DNA of 63,264 nucleotides, taken from NCBI GenBank assembly GCA_023150835.1, contig JAKLKB010000046.1, positions 1-63,264 on the forward strand. The letters run 5' to 3'. A program made the position numbers and the translations under genes. Under the pieces are notes generated by a model. That model searched no databases. It was not told the origin of the DNA and was given only the letters and a program-made list of their open reading frames with translations. This stretch comes from Myxococcota bacterium. Its GTDB lineage: Bacteria; Myxococcota_C; UBA6777. This document shows positions 1 through 9,800 of this stretch, piece after piece. Within the stretch, counting starts at the first letter, position 1. Every line of letters begins with the position of its first letter.

Positions 1-249
1 TCCTTCAGTATGCAAACCGCACGCGTCCTCAATCGCGCCTCGGGTGGAACGGTCTATGACGCCGGACTCAGCCTCTCCCAAAGTTGGCGCAACGCACAAG
101 TCCTCTGCAAAGTCGACTACCTCTGCGACAAGATCACCACCCAAGTCCAACGCTATTGCCGAACCTATCGACCCCATCCCCACTGCGCAAACTACAGAGC
201 CCGAAAAGTCTCCCTCGATGGACACACCGTCTTTGTGTGCCGACGCTAA
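1..249 (+). CDS. 3' end of a gene entering from the left edge; Cys-rich hypothetical protein (partial)
   Basis: Frame 1 is open from base 1 to TAA at 247-249. The peptide looks natural (VLCKVDYLC...YCRTY...HCANY...VFVCRR) and converges on the next gene with an 18-bp gap. Confidence 0.5.
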   Translation, partial: SFSMQTARVLNRASGGTVYDAGLSLSQSWRNAQVLCKVDYLCDKITTQVQRYCRTYRPHPHCANYRARKVSLDGHTVFVCRR

Positions 250-267
250 GCTTCCCTTCGCACCGCA

Positions 268-1842
268 CTATTCTGCTTCGACCCGATAGACAAAGCGGCC
301 CGTTTCTGCAAACAAGGCGACTTTTTGTAGCTCTTTTTGGGTGCCTTTGGCCAAATAAAAACACAGCTCGATTTTTTGGGCGCGTACGATCTCGTCTTGC
401 GAGAAAAAGTCTCCACTTGCCCGCAACAACAGCGTCTCTCCCTGAACGCGAACATCGAGCAGTTCGGGGATGATCACTTTGTAATAATTCATGTCCGAGA
501 CGGACTCTCCCCCCCAATTCACGGAAGGGGCGCGCAAAAGAACAAGGAACAACACCAACGCCAACAACACAGACCCGCCCAGTCCCGCGCCCAAAAGCAG
601 GCGCATCGGCAAGGCTTGGTTGGCCTTCGACGAGGCTTTGGACTTGGCGGGTGGGGGATCTTTTTCTTTGCTTGGAAACTTCGGTTTTTCAGGCGCGGAA
701 GAGACGATCTTGGGCATCGGGCCTTTGGCGGCGTTGGGGGCGGGGGGAGTGTTTGAGGGTTTGGTTGTGGGGGAGGCTGCGGCTGTTTTTGTGGCTTGAG
801 TGGCTGAGGGCTTTGGTGCAGGACGTTCGGTGGGTTGGGCAGCAGAGGACGGTGCGGGAGGAGTGGGTGGGGCATCTGGGATGCCTCCCATGACATCTTC
901 CAATTGCGCGTTGTATTCGCGAACAGAAGCAAGACGCTGCTCTGCGACAGCATTGGATATCTGGCTCATTTGTGCGGGGAATTCGAGCGCAAGCGACTTT
1001 CCCTTGGTCGCTTCGCGAAGCCAAACGAAGTACTCTTCGATCATGTCTTGTTGAACACCGGGGGCATCTTGAAACACATCCCAAAGTTCGGAAAGTCGAT
1101 AGGCCCCGATATCCCACAGGGATTCGAGTTCTTGATCGAGAAACATCTCCAGCTTTTCGGGATCGATGATGTCCTGCATTCGGGTTTCTTGGAGGCACTG
1201 GATCAAGACATCTTTGGTTTTTTGAAATCCGGGGGTGCTGCCTTTTGTCGTACCGCCCGTCTCTGTAACGGGTTCGCCGAGGATCACTCGCAAACTCGGA
1301 TAGGGCGGCGATTTGGTGAGCTGTACCAAGATCCCTCGCACAAAAGAGGGGCTGGTCTTGGCTGCACTCGCCAACGGCTGCTCTAACGAAGCGATATCCA
1401 ACATGCCCGAACGAAACCCCTCTGCAAGGGTCTTTTGGATCATCGCATCCAAGGCCGAAGGCGCAAGCGCACCACCGATCGGCGAAGACATCAGCTTTTC
1501 TTTGAGCCACCTCGCGGAGGCTTGCCGTTGGCTTTCTTCTACCCGCTTTTGAAGTTGGCTGGGGACGGGCCAACGCAAATAAAGCTGCCAGATGACTGCG
1601 TCACTTTCCAAAGGAGAAAAGGCCGAGCGCAGTTGGACAGACGAGAGTTCAGGATAAGATAACAACAAAAACAACCAGATCGGTTCCATATTGAGTTGCT
1701 CGCCCTGAAAGATCTCTGCATGGTATTGTTGGAGACAAGGGATCATCTTGGCTTGTTCGACCACAACGCCCAAGCTACCGCTCTCACAGATATCCAAGAT
1801 CGAGCGACCGATCTCTTCTCGCATCTGTATGTACTGATCCAT
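268..1842 (-). CDS. Hypothetical membrane-anchored protein with Pro/Ala/Thr-rich linker and a single TM helix near the C-terminus
   Basis: Long ORF (268..1953). I chose ATG 1842 (MDQYIQMREE) after a purine-rich stretch. Hydrophobic segment LLLGAGLGGSVLLALVLFLVLL. Confidence 0.7.
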   Translation of the reverse strand: MDQYIQMREEIGRSILDICESGSLGVVVEQAKMIPCLQQYHAEIFQGEQLNMEPIWLFLLLSYPELSSVQLRSAFSPLESDAVIWQLYLRWPVPSQLQKRVEESQRQASARWLKEKLMSSPIGGALAPSALDAMIQKTLAEGFRSGMLDIASLEQPLASAAKTSPSFVRGILVQLTKSPPYPSLRVILGEPVTETGGTTKGSTPGFQKTKDVLIQCLQETRMQDIIDPEKLEMFLDQELESLWDIGAYRLSELWDVFQDAPGVQQDMIEEYFVWLREATKGKSLALEFPAQMSQISNAVAEQRLASVREYNAQLEDVMGGIPDAPPTPPAPSSAAQPTERPAPKPSATQATKTAAASPTTKPSNTPPAPNAAKGPMPKIVSSAPEKPKFPSKEKDPPPAKSKASSKANQALPMRLLLGAGLGGSVLLALVLFLVLLRAPSVNWGGESVSDMNYYKVIIPELLDVRVQGETLLLRASGDFFSQDEIVRAQKIELCFYLAKGTQKELQKVALFAETGRFVYRVEAE

Positions 1843-1997
1843 CCACCACAGCCCTTTCTCACCAAAAAAGACGCACCCGATCTTGAGCGCGAGGGCGATT
1901 ATTCGTGCGGATCGCCGCCTTGTCAAGCGATGCCTCTGTCCTCTACAATCCACCCACTCATGCGCCCATTCCGCCCCAAATCCACCAAGGAGTCCTC

Positions 1998-3038
1998 ATG
2001 CACGCATCTTCCGCCTACACCGCGCCCCAATGGGCCGCCGCCCTTTCATCCGTACCGAGCCACCGCCTTGATCTCGCGCAACTGCCCACTCCAATTGCAC
2101 GCTGGTCTCCTCCTGATATACCCGCTGCTTGGGAGATGTGGATCAAACGCGACGACTGCACAGGCATCACCCTGAGCGGAAACAAAGTCCGCAAACTCGA
2201 ATTCTTGCTTGCAGAAGCTCAACAACAATCTTGCGATATCGTCCTAAGCTGCGGAGGATTGCAATCCAACCATTGTCGGGCCACAGCCGTTGCCGCCCGT
2301 CAATGCGGGATGGACAGCCTGCTGTTTTTGCGTACACCTTCGCCCGAAGCGCCGTTGCCTTGGACGGGAAACCTCTTGATGGATCGCCTTGTTGGCGCAC
2401 AGATCCAACGCATCACCCCCGCACAATACCGCCAACGCACCGCTCTGATGGAAGAAGCCGCCCAACACCTTCGCCAGATCGGGCGGCGACCCTACATCAT
2501 CCCCGAAGGAGGCTCCAACGCCCTCGGTAGTTGGGGATACATCGAAGCCATCCGCGAGATGGCTACGCAACTGGCCCAAAGCGGCCAATCCATCGACGAT
2601 CTGGTCTTTGCTTGCGGAAGCGGCGGTACTGCCGCAGGGATCTGCGCAGCCATCGCTCTGTCAGGTCTGCCGATCCGCCCCCATGCGGTCAACGTCTGCG
2701 ATGATGCCGCCTACTTTTACAACCACATCAACGCCATCCTTCGCCTCTGGGGGATCTCCAAACCCGCCGAAACGCTTCTTGATATCATCGACGGCTACGT
2801 CGGCCTTGGCTACGCCGTATCGAGCGAACAAGAACTTTTCTATCTCCAACAAACCGCCGCTCATACGGGTATCTTTCTCGATCCTGTGTACACTGGAAAA
2901 GCCCTCTACGCTCTCTCCAAAACCCTCACCCAAACGCCCGAACGCTTCAGCGGAAAACGTATCCTCTTTTGGCATACAGGCGGTCTGTTCGGACTCTACG
3001 ACAAATCCGAACAACTCTCCGCCCTCTTCCCCGCCTGA
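1998..3038 (+). CDS. D-cysteine desulfhydrase / ACC deaminase family PLP-dependent enzyme
   Basis: Motifs IKRDD, SGNKVRKLEF (PLP lysine), GGLQSNH, IPEGGSN, GSGGT, LDPVYTGK, HTGG. AAGGAG precedes ATG 1998. Confidence 0.92.
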   Translation: MHASSAYTAPQWAAALSSVPSHRLDLAQLPTPIARWSPPDIPAAWEMWIKRDDCTGITLSGNKVRKLEFLLAEAQQQSCDIVLSCGGLQSNHCRATAVAARQCGMDSLLFLRTPSPEAPLPWTGNLLMDRLVGAQIQRITPAQYRQRTALMEEAAQHLRQIGRRPYIIPEGGSNALGSWGYIEAIREMATQLAQSGQSIDDLVFACGSGGTAAGICAAIALSGLPIRPHAVNVCDDAAYFYNHINAILRLWGISKPAETLLDIIDGYVGLGYAVSSEQELFYLQQTAAHTGIFLDPVYTGKALYALSKTLTQTPERFSGKRILFWHTGGLFGLYDKSEQLSALFPA

Positions 3039-3159
3039 TCGCCCCGAAAGAAAAGTCCGCACAGCAACATCTCACACGAAATCCGCCCATTGTGTACAAA
3101 GAAGATGTCGGGGCAGCCCTCGTTTCGGTAGGCGTAGAACCACGCATCGAAATAAGGCT

Positions 3160-3694
3160 CATGTTGTGTTTTGAGGTCTTTTTCGAAAAACGTGGTATCA
3201 TCGGGCTTCATGGCTTGTTTGCCCTTGACATGAGAGGTCTCAGAGGAACGTCTCGCGACATGACAGTTGAAGAAAACAACGAAAACTCTCGGGGGAAAAC
3301 AACGAAAACTCTCGGGGGTTCGTTCAAAACAGATAGCGATGAAGAGGTCACCGACGCAACAGAGATCGGGCAGGCACACCTACCTGCCCCTACGAAACAC
3401 CGTGTGATTTCCAACACGTAGGGGCAACCATGTGTGGTTGCCCTGTGGTTGGGGTTCGTTCAAAACAGATGGCGATGAAGAGAGGTCACCGACGCAACAG
3501 AGCGAGGGCAGGCACGGGGGCCTGCCCCTACGAAACACCGTGTGATTTCCAACACGTAGGGGCAACCATGTGTGGTTGCCCTCGCTGAGAAGTGTTGCCT
3601 CTTGATACCTCTCTTATGGCGTTGGTTTGAACGGACCCACTCGAGCAAAAACGTCGCTCATGAGGTACCTTAGAAGACCTCAAAACACAACATG
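3160..3694. mobile_element. Non-autonomous element bounded by perfect 21-bp terminal inverted repeats, carrying REP-like cargo
   Basis: CATGTTGTGTTTTGAGGTCTT (3160-3180) is the exact reverse complement of AAGACCTCAAAACACAACATG (3674-3694). No transposase inside. Confidence 0.55.
3316..3582. repeat. Two ~130-bp direct repeats, each holding a back-to-back pair of GTAG-type REP-like palindromes
   Basis: The unit GGGTTCGTTCAAAACAGAT...CCTGCCCCTACGAAACACCGTGTGATTTCCAACACGTAGGGGCAACCATGTGTGGTTGCCCT occurs at ~3316-3444 and ~3452-3582. A 23-bp tandem duplicate (3273-3318) precedes it. Confidence 0.85.
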
Positions 3695-3732
3695 TGTTTT
3701 CCGTGTTTTCCGTGTTTTCCGTGCTTTCCGTG
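3694..3732. repeat. 9-bp tandem repeat GTG(T/C)TTTCC x4
   Basis: gtgttttcc gtgttttcc gtgttttcc gtgctttcc gtg, read directly. Confidence 0.85.
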
Positions 3733-3909
3733 GACTCTTCTTTTCGATATCCTCTGCGTGATGCCCGCGTTTTGTACCCATGTAAGAGGGGCCATCTGTG
3801 GCTTCACCTAACGCCTATGGGGGCTGCCCTCTGTGGCTGCTCAACTACAGGGCTTTTACAACGGATCGCATCGACCCTTCGTGTACACATGACGAGCGCG
3901 AAACGTATG

Positions 3910-6027
3910 CTAAGGAGGCCCCAAAGAAGAACGAGAAGATGGGCGAGAAGATGGGGAGGAGGAGGAGGCCGAAGGGTGGGCATCAATCCCTTTCTCGGCG
4001 AGACGAAGGCGCAGGATGGCTTCTTCACCGATCATGCCGATGCGACGGAGAGATCTCAACGCATAATGTGCGATCTTGGGCTGATTTTGTACCAACGCGA
4101 TGCGATAAATGGCCGTCCAAGGCTTCGGCCAATAGGGATTCCACGAAGCAGCGATCTCCAAAGCCTCCATCGCACGGCCCATATCGCCACGAATCATCTC
4201 CAACACGCCCAAAAGATAAGCTACTCCGGGATGCCACGGAACCTTTTTGGCGATCAGCCGAAGGCGTTTTAGGTGTTTTTGTGCGATCGGACACAAAGCC
4301 GAAGAACACCGCAGATGCGCGGAGTAAGGACCAAGCCGTTGATCATGCAACCACAGCTTAGCTACGATCACATCCGCAAGATCTCCGCCTGACGGCTGTT
4401 TGCGTAAGGCGTGAAGCTCTGATTGCAACGTTTCACGCGGGGCTTTGAGCAGGACCGACAGATCATAAAAAGAGCGTAAATGCTCGTATCCTTGGCCTTT
4501 GAAGAGAGAAGGCTCTTGCGCTCGCCGAACATAAAACGCCCATCGCAGGCTCATGTACAATGGTCTCCATCCGGTATGTTCCGCCAGATGCGCCAACAAG
4601 GCTGTATTGACTTGGTTGCGCAAACTCAACAGGACCATCTCGCAGCGATGTTTGTGACAATAAGCGTCCCATGTTTGGGGCGACAGCAGCGCTTCTTTGT
4701 AAGCTTGAGACCACGCCCAAAAACCGGGAGTAAGGGGGTTTCCGTCATAAGCGACTTGCACATATCGATGCGAACGAAAAGAGATATACCCCGCCGTGTA
4801 AAGATCCGCAAACAACCGCACTCGCAGCCCTTTGTGACGCTCCAAGATATCCAAAGCTTCGACAGGTTCGCTCTCCATCGTCGGTGACAAACCCCACTGT
4901 GGGCCGTTGCTCCATGCCTGTTGCCCCAAGATAGCCACAAAGACAGCAAATCCAACCACGACCAAGCGTCGAAGGATAGGGCGTTTTAGCAAAGAAAGCT
5001 GTGCTGCCAACAAGGGTCCCAAGATCAAAAAAGACAACCCCACAAAACGCAGATTGGAAAAGGTCAACAGCGCTCCGAGCGCCATGCACAACAACCACTG
5101 GCTTCGGCGGCGTCGCTCAGGCAAAAACCATGTCGCCCCCAACAAAAACAGAACCCCCAACAAAAAGTTGGCATACGGACTCGTCACCGAAAAAGCCTCC
5201 CATTCGGGAGCCACCCACGGATCGGGGCGACTGGATATCTCGCGTTGAAACGTCCATAACACCGACCACAAACGCCATCCGTAGGGATTGATGCACACCG
5301 CAACGGGCAAGACAGGCAACACCCACCACCAAGCACGCCACTGCGCGGCATACGCCGCAAACGCTGGATCGCGGGTGCGATACCACCACGGAACCCACAA
5401 GGCCCACACGCCGACCGCCCCAAGCAGCGCTCCCCCCACCGTAAAACTACCATGAACGTTGGCCCACAACACAAACAGCAACAAGACGGCCCATAAGTGC
5501 CATCGTTTGGGCGGGATCGTGAGCAGCCAAAACAACACCAGAACAAACAGATTCCCCAGCGTGTGCGGGCGCACGCTCATCCGCACCACCAAGACGGAAT
5601 AAGCCCCCATCCCAAACACCAACGCCGTGACCCATCGATCAGCCCCCAGACGATGCGCGATCGAAAAGAACAGCACGCACCACAAAAAAATCCACCCCCC
5701 CCGCAAGATCCCTGCCCCTTGATGCCCAAAGATCTCCCAGAACCACCGCAACCCCATCCCAAAGAGCCACTCTTTGTCCAAAAACACGCTTCCTTCGGGC
5801 GTCGTAAACACAAAGGGGTTCTTTCCTCCCAATGAACCCAAGCCCAGTTCCCACAAACGCTCACCTTTTGCGAGAAAAAACCAATAGTCCATCGTTGCGG
5901 GTGCTGTAAAGGTACATGGGATCAAAGGAAAAAACGCCAAAAGGATCAGCCACCACCAACTCGAAAAAGCATCGCGTTGTCTCTCGCTTGCGGATGTAAA
6001 CTCCGACACCGACGGATCACGCATCAT
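3910..6027 (-). CDS. Polytopic membrane protein, probable GT-C-fold glycosyltransferase-like, with C-terminal TPR-like segment
   Basis: Ten or more hydrophobic segments; DYWFFLAKGE...EWLF, RPH, LWANVHGSF and INPYG motifs. Start overlaps the stop of the upstream GT2 gene. The GT-C assignment is inference. Confidence 0.7.
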   Translation of the reverse strand: MMRDPSVSEFTSASERQRDAFSSWWWLILLAFFPLIPCTFTAPATMDYWFFLAKGERLWELGLGSLGGKNPFVFTTPEGSVFLDKEWLFGMGLRWFWEIFGHQGAGILRGGWIFLWCVLFFSIAHRLGADRWVTALVFGMGAYSVLVVRMSVRPHTLGNLFVLVLFWLLTIPPKRWHLWAVLLLFVLWANVHGSFTVGGALLGAVGVWALWVPWWYRTRDPAFAAYAAQWRAWWWVLPVLPVAVCINPYGWRLWSVLWTFQREISSRPDPWVAPEWEAFSVTSPYANFLLGVLFLLGATWFLPERRRRSQWLLCMALGALLTFSNLRFVGLSFLILGPLLAAQLSLLKRPILRRLVVVGFAVFVAILGQQAWSNGPQWGLSPTMESEPVEALDILERHKGLRVRLFADLYTAGYISFRSHRYVQVAYDGNPLTPGFWAWSQAYKEALLSPQTWDAYCHKHRCEMVLLSLRNQVNTALLAHLAEHTGWRPLYMSLRWAFYVRRAQEPSLFKGQGYEHLRSFYDLSVLLKAPRETLQSELHALRKQPSGGDLADVIVAKLWLHDQRLGPYSAHLRCSSALCPIAQKHLKRLRLIAKKVPWHPGVAYLLGVLEMIRGDMGRAMEALEIAASWNPYWPKPWTAIYRIALVQNQPKIAHYALRSLRRIGMIGEEAILRLRLAEKGIDAHPSASSSSPSSRPSSRSSLGPP

Positions 6028-6844
6028 TTGCCCCCTTCTTGTTTTGTTCACCCTCAAACAGATAAGGAGCGATCTCTTCGAGCGGCGCACGCAAACGCCG
6101 CGCATAATCCAAGCGGATCGCAACAAGATCGCGCTGGACACGAAAGAAATCACGCCCTGCCAGCTTTGAACCGCGTACATCCTCCCAAACATACAGAGGA
6201 AACTCGATCACAGCCTGCTCAAGCGGTGGTAAACCAAGTCGCTCCCCCAAGGCTTTTCGCCGCAACAACAGCTCGACGTCAAAGATCCAACGCGACAAAA
6301 ACGGCTGCGCAAACAACGTATGCAGCCATGGCGTCACACGAAACAGCTTGGCCCCACACTGTGTATCGTACACCGACAAATCCAACAGGAGCGAAGCCAC
6401 CATCGCAAAGCAACGGCCTAGATAATGGCGCATGGCTTGGCGACGGATATCTCGCCCCAACATCAACGCCCGCGCTGCCGTCACGATCTCGTAATTTGGC
6501 GAAGTCTTGAGCAGATCGTAGAGCGAAGCGATCTCTGTTAAGGGAGTCGCCAGATCAGCATCCCAAAAGCCCACCACTTCGGGTTTTTTTGCCAAGGCAT
6601 ACAAGATCCCTGCACGAACAGCCCCCCCCTTGCCTTGATTGTTCTCCAGATCCAACACCTCGCAACGGCCCGCAGGGGCTTGCGCTTCCATCGATCGCAA
6701 CACCCCCAACGTCTCATCCCGACTCCCATCGTTCACAAACAACAACGAAACGCCCTTTGTTTGCGCCAAGTAAGACAAGAAGGCATCCACGTTCAGGCGC
6801 TTTTCTTCGTTGTAGCAAGGAACCACCACGATGATCGCATCCAT
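6017..6844 (-). CDS. GT2 glycosyltransferase, polyprenol/dolichol-phosphate glycosyltransferase-like
   Basis: VVPCYNEEKRL, VNDGSRD, NQGKGGAVRAG, DADLAT, DTQCGAKLF, WIFDVELL. ATG 6844 lies 1 bp after the upstream stop. Confidence 0.92.
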   Translation of the reverse strand: MDAIIVVVPCYNEEKRLNVDAFLSYLAQTKGVSLLFVNDGSRDETLGVLRSMEAQAPAGRCEVLDLENNQGKGGAVRAGILYALAKKPEVVGFWDADLATPLTEIASLYDLLKTSPNYEIVTAARALMLGRDIRRQAMRHYLGRCFAMVASLLLDLSVYDTQCGAKLFRVTPWLHTLFAQPFLSRWIFDVELLLRRKALGERLGLPPLEQAVIEFPLYVWEDVRGSKLAGRDFFRVQRDLVAIRLDYARRLRAPLEEIAPYLFEGEQNKKGANDA

Positions 6845-6845
6845 G

Positions 6846-9800
6846 CTATTTGCACAGTCCCGCTTGGCAAGTCCACGTCGCGGTGGCATCGAGCGCAGTA
6901 CAGGTCGCGTTGCTGGTGCAGGTTGGACGACAAACGTTTCCTCCCGCCACATCGCAAGCTTCGGTATTCGGAGAGATGATCTTGGTACAATCCACAGCAA
7001 AAGCCCCTGTACAACTGGGGTTTTGCACGTTGAGTTTCAACACAGATGTTTTTTGGATCTGCGTACAAGCAGGTGGATCATTGCAGCGTTGGACGAAAAC
7101 ATCGACAGTGCGGGGGAAACGGAAACCTGTTAGATCGACCGTCACTTGCATCGTCGTGGCCGAGGTGACGGTCCCGGGCAGTGTCACCTTGTTGTCAAAC
7201 ACCACAAAGTCTCCTGTCACAAAGTTGCTTCCCGTGATCTGCAAGTTTTGAAACGCATTGCCTCGAAATGCAAAGGGCGGCGACATCAACGTCGCAACAG
7301 GCGGAGGTGGCGGATTGATCGTAAAGATCAGCTTGTTGCTCATCTCTCCTGTGGGATTGCGCACTTCAAAGCTGTAGGCCCCTGCGGGAAGGCCGACGAT
7401 ATCGAACTTTCCGCGAACGTAGGTTGTGGAGTTGAACGCTGGCGTATAACGCGAAGAGATATCGACACCTTGGGGGTTTTTGATGATCACCACCGAAGCT
7501 GGCGATGAGCTAAACAGCGATCCATACACATACAAACTGGCGATCTCGTTCGCACTTCCCGCCGTAATGCTTGCGGGAGATAAGTAATCTGCAGTCGGCG
7601 GAGGCACAGGTTCGAGGATCAGCGGGTATTTGTTGCTGATGCGTGTACCGTTGCGCACTTCGACAGCATACGATCCAGCGGCCAACGCCGTCGCATCAAA
7701 ACCAAGCAGACGGAGCTCAGAGGTCGTCACGTACTGCGTCGTGGCAGCTTTTCCGTCCACATAGACCACCGAAGTCAAAATAAAGTCCGAGCCTTTCACG
7801 ATCATATCTGGCAAGACACGACCCCGCTGATGGACGTTTTTCTCGATGCTTGTGAGGGTAGGCACAATAGACGAGATCACCGAGAACTTGAGTACAGGGG
7901 TTTCTTTTCCGTTGCCGTTGACGATCTTGATACCGATATCGCCCAAGGAGGCGCTCGCAAAGTCATAAAGATTCTTGGTTTTGATCTCTTCTTTGGACAC
8001 AAACGTCGAGTCCACCTTGACATTGTTGATGAACAAGCTGTGGTTGCTCGTAAAGTCGCGCCCTTTGAAGATCAGATCCACCTTGTCTCGAAGACGCGCA
8101 AACGGCGGACTCACCGAAAAGATCGTCGGGCTTGGCGCATCTCCAACAAGGAAAGAGATCGTTGCGCTGCGCGTATCACAAGCGTTGGCAACCCAAAGCG
8201 GGTACGTCCCGGGCGTAAAGCCCGATAAATCGAGGTTTGCCGTAAGATCATAGCAATAGGGGTTCGTCCCTGTGGACGCATCACATGTCGTGGACATGAG
8301 TTTGCCGTTGAGATACACCGCAGCAGCGGTCGTAAACGTACCCGAAGGCGAACTCGAAGGATACACTTCGATCGCAACAGCCGTATCTGCGCGACCTGTT
8401 GCCGGTCGGATGTAGTTGATCACAGGAGTCACGATGGTATTGCTCACCGTGAAATTCGCCTTTGCCGACTGTGCGCTCGGTCCGTTGTGGACGATCAAAT
8501 CAAATGTGCCTGTCGCAAGATCGCCTTTTTTGACGGTCAAACAAAGGCGGCGGTCACTTTCGTACTTGACGGGGTTGGTGGGGTCGGTCTGTCGGTAAGT
8601 TTTGGTTCCGATGGTGACGTAGGTGGTTTTTGTAAAGTTGATCCCATCGATGCAAACGAGCTGATCGCAAGTCGTGCCGGTTCCTGACGGAGAGACCGAC
8701 GAGACCGACGGCTGGCGGTAAGAGATCGTCACCTTAAACGGCGCAGAGGACTTTCCGTTGTTGTTGACGATCACGGCGTCTTGATCGCCTTGTTGCCACT
8801 TGGAAGTATCCGTCAAGTCGATATCGAGTGTCATCGCCGCGCTGCTAAACTGCCATGTCAACTTGCCGTAGGGACCGCCTGCTTGGGTGATCTCGATATT
8901 TCCGATCTTGATCTTGGAACCTGCGGAACCGCCCACAGCTTGCTCAAAGTTCTCTCCGAACACGCGAGCGCCTTCGACTTTTTCACCCAGATACCAGTTA
9001 AAGGGCAGGATGCGTTCCAGTTTGGGCGGGGAGTCTGCGCCCGAAAAGGTCAAGTCGAGCTTCTCATCGGATTGTTGGCCGTCAGGGTTCCGCACAAACA
9101 CCTTGTAGTCGCCGAAAGGAAATTTTTTGTCGTCCGAAAGATCGAGCGCAGGCGAGGCTTGGAGGTTGGTACGTGCGACGCGCTTGGTCGGGATCTCGAC
9201 AGCAGTTTTGTCCGGTAATTCGAGGAAGATCTTCGCTCCCACTTCAAAGCTTTCACCGTAGATGTCGAGTGGACCGGGCTTTCTGTCGCGGACAAAGTTG
9301 GGAACCAACACCGTCACAACGGGCTTGGGCGGTCGTGGCCCGATGGTGATCGAAAAGTCGGGAGAGGACTTGTTTACGGTCGTATTGCGCACTTTCAAGA
9401 AGTGCTTGCCCGGGACTTCGCCTGCAAAGTCGATGGTGAACTCTAGCTCGGTGGTGCTTAGCACTTTGGCGGGTGGGTTGACGGGCCGCAGGTCAAAGCT
9501 GACTTCGATCTGGCCGTCGATAAAATAACGCCCCTTCATGCGAAAAGTGATCTTGGCATTTTCAAAGCCTTGGGGAGGATCGATCGAGACGATCTCGGGG
9601 GCTGGAACTTCTTTGACCTCGAAAGGAACTGCGGGTTTTGAAAAGCGGTTGTTGGGGTTTCGGACGAAGATATCCTTGGTTCCGGCGCTTTGCGTTCCAA
9701 GATCCAAAGTTGTTTTGAGTTCGTTGGCGCTGACAAACTGGGCAGGAAAGTATTGGTTTTGAATGCGAACTTCCGCACCTTGGACAAAATCAGCCCCTTT

